Source: Clostridia bacterium (GTDB lineage Bacteria > Bacillota > Clostridia > Christensenellales > QALW01). Taken from it: DNA of 43,957 bases. Location: the NCBI GenBank assembly GCA_045603265.1, contig JAZULU010000119.1, positions 1 to 43,957 of the forward strand. The letters run 5' to 3'. A program made the translations under genes and the position numbers. Positions 34,639 through 41,844 of the stretch are shown here, one piece after another; the first letter of the stretch is position 1, and each line of letters begins with the position of its first letter. Below the pieces are notes generated by a model. That model was not told the DNA's origin, did no database searches, and saw only the letters and a list, made by a program, of their open reading frames with translations.

Positions 34639-35178
34639 TATTTTCTCAGCGTTGAGTTTTATCGCATCAAGTTCATCATGTGTTATTACAATGATAAGTT
34701 TATTTTGTGAAAGTTCTTTAAGTGCATTTCTGACTTTTTGGGCATTATCTTCATCAAGTCCCTTAAAAGGCTCATCAAGCAAATATATATCAGCCAAATA
34801 TGCTAAAGTGCGGACAAGCGCTACCCTTCTTTTCATACCGCCTGAAAGTTCCTGGGGCATTTGATCTTTAAAAGATTCAACACCAAATTCAATCATATAC
34901 TCTCTCGCCTTACTTTTATCAGGCTCAACAAGCATAATATTTTCTTCAGCACTAAGCCAATTTAATAAACGATCTTCCTGAAAAAGGAAACTTATATTGC
35001 CTCCAACCGTGATTTTACCTGAATATTTTTTAAGGCCTGCTATCGCATTTAAAAGCGTTGTTTTACCTCTGCCTGACGGTGCATAAATGCAAAATATTCC
35101 TTTTGCGGGAAATTCAAGATTGATATTTTCAAGAACCGGTTTATCGTATTTTACAGTTAAATTCTCAATTTTTATCAT
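34630..35178 (-). CDS. ABC transporter ATP-binding protein (compact, NitT/TauT-like)
   Basis: 182 aa with Walker A APSGRGKTT, Q-loop FQED, signature LSGGMKRR, Walker B IYLLDEPF and H-loop ITHD. Confidence 0.85.
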   Translation of the reverse strand: MIKIENLTVKYDKPVLENINLEFPAKGIFCIYAPSGRGKTTLLNAIAGLKKYSGKITVGGNISFLFQEDRLLNWLSAEENIMLVEPDKSKAREYMIEFGVESFKDQMPQELSGGMKRRVALVRTLAYLADIYLLDEPFKGLDEDNAQKVRNALKELSQNKLIIVITHDELDAIKLNAEKILL

Positions 35179-35954
35179 GCTAACCCCGCAAACTTAAAGC
35201 GTTTTTCAAGACGTTTTAAAACGTTTTTTATAGCCACTTCAAGTATCAGACTAATTATAATAACAACTGTTGTCCACGCAAAAATATCAAGGGTTTCCAA
35301 AATACTTTTTGCCGCAAAAAGACTTGCACCTATCGTTCCGGGTGGTTGGCAAAGTACCTCGGCCGCGATGCCTGCTTTCCAAACAAGACCAGAAGACGTG
35401 CAAACTGCTGTTGCAAAATACGGCAAAACACCGGGAAAATAAATGTATTTCAACTTCTTTATGCTTGAAAATTTATATACCGTTGCAAGTTCTTTATACT
35501 CTTTGTCAATACTTTTTATTCCTGTTGACACGTTGCCCCACACAATGGGAACAACCATCAAAAAGGATATAAATATAGGAATTTGTGAGCGTTGAAGCCA
35601 TATCCATGTAAGCATTATAAACGATGCCACAGGTGTTGCGCGGATTATAAGTTTTATGGGCTCAAACAATTTGTCAAAAAAGTCGATAGCGCTTACAAAA
35701 GCCATAAAAGTGCCGACAATAATTCCCAATAAAAATCCGTACAAAATATTTATAACGCTTGAAAAAACAGTTTTCCAAAAAACAAGTGTTTGTGAAAGTT
35801 CAATTATTCTTAGAAATACTTTTAAAGGCGACGATATAAACAATTCGTCATCAACGATCAAATAGATACCCTGCCATATGAGAAGCCATATGGCAGTTAT
35901 CACTAATACGGTTAAAAATTTCTTAATAATAGAAGTCTTCACCCGGCAAAGCAC
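35175..35954 (-). CDS. ABC transporter permease (NitT/TauT-type)
   Basis: 259 aa, about 6 TM helices, sitting between the binding-protein and ATPase genes. The start is uncertain: GTG 35954 or GTG 35942, both overlapping the upstream gene. Confidence 0.8.
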   Translation of the reverse strand: MLCRVKTSIIKKFLTVLVITAIWLLIWQGIYLIVDDELFISSPLKVFLRIIELSQTLVFWKTVFSSVINILYGFLLGIIVGTFMAFVSAIDFFDKLFEPIKLIIRATPVASFIMLTWIWLQRSQIPIFISFLMVVPIVWGNVSTGIKSIDKEYKELATVYKFSSIKKLKYIYFPGVLPYFATAVCTSSGLVWKAGIAAEVLCQPPGTIGASLFAAKSILETLDIFAWTTVVIIISLILEVAIKNVLKRLEKRFKFAGLA

Positions 35955-36918
35955 CGCCTATCGATTTGGGTTCGCTGTCAAAAAGTATTTTAAGATAAGT
36001 TTCTGTTTTGGTTTTCATTTCGTCACCGGAAATTGTTACCATTTTACAGTTTGGAATTGCTTTTTCTGCTATTGCCTCACTGGGAACAATACCGTTTTCA
36101 GCAACAAGTTTTGCACCCTCTTTGGGATTTTCATTTACAAATTTAACAGAAGCAGTATATTCTTCTAAAAACTTTTCAACTGCTTTAGGATTATTTTGGG
36201 CAAATTCTTTGTTTACAACAAGGCACCCCATTGAGAAAAGCGCTTTGTTATCGCAAGCCTCATCCCATGCGGCATTGAAATCAACGGCAATTCTGAAATC
36301 AGAATTTTTTGAAAGAATAGTTGATACCTGAGGTTCGGGAATAAGAATTATATCCGCTTCACCAGTTAAAGCCTTAGTTGCAAGTTCAGCATGAGTTGCA
36401 AAATATTCAACTTCACAATTAATGTTATTTGCCTTTAAAACGTAATCAAGGGCATACTGAGGTGTTGCCGCCTGACCCGATGAATAGATCTTTTTGCCTT
36501 CAAGGTCTTTTATGGAATTTATGGTGTTACCTTTTTCCATAATATAAAGAACACCCAAAGTGTTAAGTGCAAGAAGCTGTACTTTGCCCTTTGACTTATT
36601 GTAAAGAGTTGATGCAAGGTTTGTGGGAACTGCCGCAATATCAAGTTCACCGTTTAAAATAAGACCGGTAATATCTGTAGGTGCGCTGAAAAGTTCAAAT
36701 GTGTAGTTGTTTGCAGCAGTCTTGTTTTTTGCATCGTCCATAAGTTTTGACATGCCCATGCCGGTAGGACCGATCAATGCGCCTACTTTTATATCAACGG
36801 GAGTATAAACTTCTTGTTCAGGTGTGTTTTCAGGTGCCTGTTGTTCTACATTTGAGCATCCTGCAAATACGGAAAATACAAGTAACGTTGCTAATAATAA
36901 ACTAAATAATTTTTTCAT
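35923..36918 (-). CDS. ABC transporter substrate-binding lipoprotein (NMT1/THI5-like family)
   Basis: 331 aa with a lipoprotein signal and lipobox LLVFSVFAGC. Periplasmic-binding fold pattern with an AT-PQYALDY region. Ligand not inferable. Confidence 0.75.
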   Translation of the reverse strand: MKKLFSLLLATLLVFSVFAGCSNVEQQAPENTPEQEVYTPVDIKVGALIGPTGMGMSKLMDDAKNKTAANNYTFELFSAPTDITGLILNGELDIAAVPTNLASTLYNKSKGKVQLLALNTLGVLYIMEKGNTINSIKDLEGKKIYSSGQAATPQYALDYVLKANNINCEVEYFATHAELATKALTGEADIILIPEPQVSTILSKNSDFRIAVDFNAAWDEACDNKALFSMGCLVVNKEFAQNNPKAVEKFLEEYTASVKFVNENPKEGAKLVAENGIVPSEAIAEKAIPNCKMVTISGDEMKTKTETYLKILFDSEPKSIGGALPGEDFYY

Positions 36919-37184
36919 AATTCTTTTCCTTCATATTTTTTGTTTGAAAGCACGCTTTTGGCATTCACACCCTCCAGCCTGCCTAATTTTCCGCACAGTG
37001 CGCCTATGCGGTCATTTGTGCCGTCAACCATTACAGAAATAATGGATATATGGCGTTTTTTATACGGAAGTCCCATTCTTCCGATCACTATATCGGAAAA
37101 CTCACTTAAAAGTTCATTTACCGTTTCTGCCGACTTTTTAGGGTCATCAATTACAATTCCTATAATTCCTATTCTGTTTTCCAT
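36915..37184 (-). CDS. TM1266-like small ACT/NikR-C-like protein (family annotated as 'iron-only hydrogenase system regulator')
   Basis: 89 aa: MENRIGIIGIVIDDPKKSAETVNELLSEFSDIVIGRMGLPYKKRHISIISVMVDGTNDRIGALCGKLGRLEGVNAKSV. Start at ATG 37184 with GGAGG 4 nt upstream. 4-nt overlap with the binding-protein gene. Confidence 0.6.
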   Translation of the reverse strand: MENRIGIIGIVIDDPKKSAETVNELLSEFSDIVIGRMGLPYKKRHISIISVMVDGTNDRIGALCGKLGRLEGVNAKSVLSNKKYEGKEL

Positions 37185-37326
37185 TATACCTCCATAAAAA
37201 AATCTCTTCACTGCACAACAGTAAAGAGATAGATGGGAACATATATCTTTACCTAAACGCAGTACGAAACCTTGTTTTCAGATGCAGTTATAATATCTTG
37301 ACGTCAGAAAAAACCTCCGCCTTGAT
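37185..37326 (-). promoter_or_regulatory. ~140-nt 5' leader with terminator/antiterminator alternative (unclassified attenuator or riboswitch candidate)
   Basis: The leader runs from the predicted TSS (~37326) to the RBS. The terminator sits at its 3' end. An 8-bp alternative pairing, GGUAAAGA (37253-37246) with UCUUUACU (37227-37220), would sequester the 5' arm of the terminator. Confidence 0.45.
37196..37229 (-). terminator. Leader (attenuator) terminator immediately upstream of the TM1266-like gene RBS
   Basis: 11-bp stem UCUCUUUACUG/CAGUGAAGAGA (one G-U) at 37229-37219 / 37213-37203, with a 5-nt loop, then U7 (37202-37196). The RBS GGAGG starts 2 nt later. Confidence 0.65.
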
Positions 37327-37332
37327 AATTGT

Positions 37333-37361
37333 ATTATATAAGTTATTTACTTATTTGTCAA
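37333..37361 (-). promoter_or_regulatory. Perfect-consensus sigma-A promoter overlapping the S41 protease stop codon
   Basis: Minus strand reads TTGACA (37361-37356), 17 nt, TATAAT (37338-37333). Confidence 0.6.
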
Positions 37362-38519
37362 CACTTCCAATGCTTTTTTCAGTTGAAGATCATTATCCTC
37401 ATTACGGAGCCAATACTTTTCAACAAGTTCTTGGGGAAGTTCCACAACGTGTTCCGGTGTAATTCCCACTTCATGGATGCAATCACCACCGGGAAGATAG
37501 TATTTTGCGGTGGTAAGTTTAAACTGACCGCCGTTTTCAAGAACATAATTGCTTTGCATTATGCCTTTACCGAAACTTTTTGTCCCTACAAGTTCAGCAT
37601 CGCCAAGATCCCTTAAAGCACCTGCCAGCGCTTCCGAAGCACTTGCTGACGAGCCGTTTATTATTACGCTTATAGGCTTATCTATGCACTTTTCATCGGA
37701 GGTTTCAACAGAAACTTTATTGCCTTCCCTATCTTTAGCATAAAATACTTCACCTTCAGGAAGAAGCATATCAGCAATGGAAACAAAAATATCCAGTTCA
37801 CCGCCGGGGTTTTCCCTCAGATCAATAACAATGCCTTTATAATTGTTTTGTTCGCCAAACTCAAGGGCTTTTTTAAAAAACTCAACAGCGTTACCGTGAA
37901 AAGAAATTATTTTTGTGTAAAGGATATCGCCGATCATATAATATTCAACAAGTTCCCGTTGTCCGCTGGTACGTTCAACATTATACGAAAGTTCTTTATT
38001 ACCGCGTTTTACCGTTATTTTTACGCTTGTTCCCACTTCGCCTTTAACAAGTGCAATAATATCTTCAAGCGCCATATTTTCAACGTTTTTACCGTCAACG
38101 GCAACAATAATATCGCCTGCTTTTAATCCGCAAGAGTCGGCAGAAAGACCTTTGTAAATTTCTACAATGGTAATTTTACCGTTATCGTTGTAAACAGAGG
38201 CACCTATTCCGCCCTCAACTGTACCGGTTGAAGATTTAACATACTCATCAAGTTCTTCTTTTGTAAAATAATAAGCATATTCATCATCAAGTGCTGCCGC
38301 CATTCCCTTTAACGCATAGTCGATAACGTAATCCGGATCATGTTCCTCGATGGCTTCTTCCTGAATGATCTTATTTGCCGTATTTATTAACTTTATCTGA
38401 GAATTTGTAAGGGAATTATTAAAAAAATTATTAATAATTACATTAGAAAAATATCCGCCTGCAAAACTGATTATGATTATCAGAAAAATGGATATTATAG
38501 AAGTTCGTTTTTTGCTCAT
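37347..38519 (-). CDS. S41-family C-terminal processing peptidase with PDZ domain (CtpA/CtpB-like)
   Basis: 390 aa with an N-terminal TM anchor, a PDZ domain (GLKAGDIIVAVDG) and the catalytic Ser region NGSSASASEALAGAL. Confidence 0.85.
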   Translation of the reverse strand: MSKKRTSIISIFLIIIISFAGGYFSNVIINNFFNNSLTNSQIKLINTANKIIQEEAIEEHDPDYVIDYALKGMAAALDDEYAYYFTKEELDEYVKSSTGTVEGGIGASVYNDNGKITIVEIYKGLSADSCGLKAGDIIVAVDGKNVENMALEDIIALVKGEVGTSVKITVKRGNKELSYNVERTSGQRELVEYYMIGDILYTKIISFHGNAVEFFKKALEFGEQNNYKGIVIDLRENPGGELDIFVSIADMLLPEGEVFYAKDREGNKVSVETSDEKCIDKPISVIINGSSASASEALAGALRDLGDAELVGTKSFGKGIMQSNYVLENGGQFKLTTAKYYLPGGDCIHEVGITPEHVVELPQELVEKYWLRNEDNDLQLKKALEVLTNK

Positions 38520-39457
38520 TACTTCAACACCTTGTTTAATGCAATATAGATTCTTAACGCAACCGCTTCATGGAAATTGCGCATATTAAAGCCTGTTTCT
38601 TTCTGAATTTTATCAAGTTTATATATAAGCGTATTTCTGTGAAGATAACAATACTTTGCTGTTTCACTTATATTCAGATTATGCTTAAAAAATTCCAACG
38701 CAATTTCAACGGTTTCATTATCAAGGCATCTTTTTACTTCGTGAGCCTTATCCTTTAAATCGGCAAGCGCTTCTTTGGGAAGTTCAGAAATAATAAGTTC
38801 AGGCAATACGTTTGAGAAAAACCATATACCGCCACTATATGAAAGTTTTTTTCCAAGCCGTATTGCACAAAGTGCCTGATCAAAAGCCACCGAAAGTTGT
38901 GATGCGTTATCAGCAATACAACTTACGCCGATATAACAATCAGTGTTAAGTTCCTGAAAAGTTGCGCTTACGGCACATGCCATCTCATCGGCATCAATAT
39001 CACATTCAAGGCAGATGATGGCGATTCTGTGATCATCAAGACCTACAACATCAATATTATCTTCTTCAAAAATTTCACTTAAAGAATCTACATAATCAGT
39101 AACGCCCTCGTTAATTTCGGCAACAAAAACACGACGCACATCATCATAAAGCATGCCGTAACGTGAGCAAAGATTCTTCATATCAGAACTTTCAATTCCG
39201 AAAAGAAGATTTTTGATAAAATCATTTTTCGTAAGCCTTTTCGTATCCTTCTTTACAAGGAACGCTTCAAGAATTTTTTCATCGCCGCACAAAACGGAAA
39301 AAGTACCGTCAGAAAGGCGCGAATAAAGTTTTCCGCCCTCAATTAAAGGAAGTTCCCCGTTAAGAATATGAGCAGGCAGGCTATCGCCCAAAAATTCATC
39401 GCCCGCTATTTTTTTACCTGAATTGTCGTAAATTGCAGTTTTCATAATAATCACCAT
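38519..39457 (-). CDS. PucR/CdaR-like transcriptional regulator (C-terminal HTH)
   Basis: C-terminal ETAKYCYLHRNTLIYKLDKIQKETGFNMRNFHEAVALRIY, typical of the PucR C-terminal HTH. Start ambiguous (39457 or 39445). TAATG overlap with the protease gene. Confidence 0.7.
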   Translation of the reverse strand: MVIIMKTAIYDNSGKKIAGDEFLGDSLPAHILNGELPLIEGGKLYSRLSDGTFSVLCGDEKILEAFLVKKDTKRLTKNDFIKNLLFGIESSDMKNLCSRYGMLYDDVRRVFVAEINEGVTDYVDSLSEIFEEDNIDVVGLDDHRIAIICLECDIDADEMACAVSATFQELNTDCYIGVSCIADNASQLSVAFDQALCAIRLGKKLSYSGGIWFFSNVLPELIISELPKEALADLKDKAHEVKRCLDNETVEIALEFFKHNLNISETAKYCYLHRNTLIYKLDKIQKETGFNMRNFHEAVALRIYIALNKVLK

Positions 39458-39498
39458 TATTATTTTACCACATATTACAATTTTTTGGAAGTAAAAAA

Positions 39499-41733
39499 TT
39501 AGTGTAAAGAAAATTCACCGCTTTTTTGCCCCGGAAGAGGCTTTCCGTCAACAAAAAACTGGCTGTGAAAGGTGCTTATCTGATATTTATCACCTAAAAT
39601 ATAGTTTTCATCAGTAAAAGAAAGTTTTTCTCCTGCTTTTCCATGAAGACGCGCTATCTCATCATCACCTTTATTTATAACGTATAGCGTATAATCGTTT
39701 TCTGCCGTAAAGGAAATTTCAGCCTGACGGATCTCATTTAAGTTAATGGAAATATTTTGCGGAATTTTCGGCTCATCCCAATACGAATTTGTCTGTTCAG
39801 GCAAATTGTCGATGTCAAAGTAATCAAAAATGATGTTTTTTTGATTGTCCGATGCCAAATAAAGCGTGTTTTCCTTTTTTAATGAATATTCGTCAATCTT
39901 TACTTTTTTTACACTTTGTGGAGTTTCAAATTGCTGATATTCATTATTTTCTAAAATCTTTTCATAAATCTTTGATGCAATTCTTGATGGATGTGCACTA
40001 CCCGTAACTTCATAATCAAGATAATGCTTTTCATCGGTTTTATCGTGCCCCATCCACACGCATACCGTATGGCTTTTTATATAACTTGCGCACCAGGCAT
40101 CAGAATGACCTTCATTATTATACCCTACTGTTCCCGTTTTGCAGGCAATGGGAATGTTTAAAACGCTAAGTCCGTTACTTTCACTTTTCGAAACGTCAAA
40201 AAGAATATCTGTTAATAGATATGCGGTGCTATCTTTAAAAACACGGGTACTTATTTCTTCATGCTGATACAATATGTTACCGTAATTATCGGTTATTTTA
40301 CTGATACACCAAGGCGCAGTATATTCACCCATTCTTGCAAGCATTGAGTATGCGCCGGCAATTTCGATTGGTGAAGTGCCATACTTCATTCCACCTAAAG
40401 CAAGGGCCAGATTTTTATCGTCACCATGAAATTCTATACCTGCTTTTTTTGCAAAATCTTTTGAATATTCAATGCCGTTTTTATCAAGAAGTTCAACAGC
40501 AGGCACGTTTAAAGAAAGCGCCAATGCCTGGCGCACCGTGACTTTGCCGTAATACACGTTTTTATAATTGGTAGGCATATATCCGAAAAAATCTTTTCGT
40601 GAATCATCAAGCACGGTTAATGTTGTTATACTTTTATTTTCAAAGGCCGGACCGTAAACAAGAAGAGGTTTTATGCACGAGCCAGGCTGTCTTTTTGCGC
40701 TCGCACGATTATAAATTCTCATGCCTTCATGCTCTCTGCCCCCTATCATTGCCGAGATACTGCCAGAATTATTATCTATTACAACCGCCGCCGACTGTAC
40801 TTCATCATCGGGGAAATTATCTTTTTCAGTATATATTTTTTGCAAGTTTTCTTGTAAAGAAGCATCCAGCGTTGTGTAAATATTATATCCGCCACCAAGA
40901 AGATCGTTTACCGTTATATTAAGTTTTTCAGCGCCTTCCAAAAGAACATAATCAGTATAATATCCGTAATCGGGGTGACTCATTTTTTCAACTATAACTA
41001 TTTTTTCAGCAGAATATTTTTCATATTCTTCCTTTGTTATATAGCCGTATTTTTCCATCTGACTTAATACAGTGTTACGCCTTGAAACAGCGTTTTCCAT
41101 GTTAAGATGCGGTGCATATTTTGACGGTGCTTTTAAGATACCAATAAGCATTGCACCCTCAGAAACGGAAAGTTCGGATGCGTTTTTTCCAAAGTACGAT
41201 TGCGCCGCCGTCTGGATTCCGTATGCACCTCTGCCGAAATACACAAAATTAAAATACATTTCCAAAATTTCATCTTTTTCGTATCTGCGCTCCAGTTGAA
41301 GAGCAAGAATCGCCTCATTTATTTTTCGAGAAAAAGTTTTTTCATTTGTTAAATGGGAATTTTTTATAAGTTGTTGTGTAATGGTACTTGCTCCTTCTTT
41401 AAGACTTCCTGATGAAATATCATTAAAAAGTGCACCGAAAATTCTTTTAACATCAATACCGTTATGCTGATAAAAGCGCACATCCTCGGTGGCGATAAGA
41501 GCGTCAATAACGTGTTGAGGTATGTCATTTATAGAAATATTTTGTCGCATTTGTCCCATTGAGAGAACTGCGGAAATATTTTGATCTTTATCATAAATCG
41601 TAAGCGTTTCAGAAATATCTGTTATCTTTTCAACCGAAAGATCCGGAACGTTTTTAAAGATGCTTATTGAAAGAAAAATTACAATAAGTATCAGCGCAAC
41701 AATAAAAATATATCTTTTTTTAACACGAGCCAT
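39499..41733 (-). CDS. Class A penicillin-binding protein (glycosyltransferase GT51 + transpeptidase)
   Basis: 744 aa with an N-terminal TM. GT51 motifs EDVRFYQHNGID, GASTITQQL and RKINEAILALQLER. Transpeptidase motifs SCIK (SxxK), SLN and KTGT. Confidence 0.9.
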   Translation of the reverse strand: MARVKKRYIFIVALILIVIFLSISIFKNVPDLSVEKITDISETLTIYDKDQNISAVLSMGQMRQNISINDIPQHVIDALIATEDVRFYQHNGIDVKRIFGALFNDISSGSLKEGASTITQQLIKNSHLTNEKTFSRKINEAILALQLERRYEKDEILEMYFNFVYFGRGAYGIQTAAQSYFGKNASELSVSEGAMLIGILKAPSKYAPHLNMENAVSRRNTVLSQMEKYGYITKEEYEKYSAEKIVIVEKMSHPDYGYYTDYVLLEGAEKLNITVNDLLGGGYNIYTTLDASLQENLQKIYTEKDNFPDDEVQSAAVVIDNNSGSISAMIGGREHEGMRIYNRASAKRQPGSCIKPLLVYGPAFENKSITTLTVLDDSRKDFFGYMPTNYKNVYYGKVTVRQALALSLNVPAVELLDKNGIEYSKDFAKKAGIEFHGDDKNLALALGGMKYGTSPIEIAGAYSMLARMGEYTAPWCISKITDNYGNILYQHEEISTRVFKDSTAYLLTDILFDVSKSESNGLSVLNIPIACKTGTVGYNNEGHSDAWCASYIKSHTVCVWMGHDKTDEKHYLDYEVTGSAHPSRIASKIYEKILENNEYQQFETPQSVKKVKIDEYSLKKENTLYLASDNQKNIIFDYFDIDNLPEQTNSYWDEPKIPQNISINLNEIRQAEISFTAENDYTLYVINKGDDEIARLHGKAGEKLSFTDENYILGDKYQISTFHSQFFVDGKPLPGQKSGEFSLH

Positions 41734-41784
41734 AAAATCACCCGTTTTTTAGTATTTAAAAATAAATAAAAAATATTCAAATTA

Positions 41785-41813
41785 TTGCCAAGGAGAAAAA
41801 GTTGTGATATAAT
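41785..41813 (+). promoter_or_regulatory. Sigma-A-type promoter with extended -10 for the zinc-ribbon repeat protein gene
   Basis: TTGCCA (41785-41790), 17 nt, TATAAT (41808-41813), preceded by TGA (TGnTATAAT). Confidence 0.5.
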
Positions 41814-41844
41814 AAATAAGAATTTATTTTTTGGAGAGTTTTTT

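Noticed and set aside
37299-37306. TGACGTCA 8-bp palindrome in the leader as a protein operator.
   Set aside because: Perfect 8-bp palindromes are expected well over a hundred times by chance in 44 kb. There is no second half-site or other support.
37300-37326. S-box (SAM-I) riboswitch, suggested by the 5' leader sequence UUAUCAAGGCGGAGG.
   Set aside because: The rest of the SAM-I consensus (the P3 GAUGA/CCC-GGCAACC elements and four-helix junction) is not present, and the leader is too short. I kept it only as an unclassified leader.
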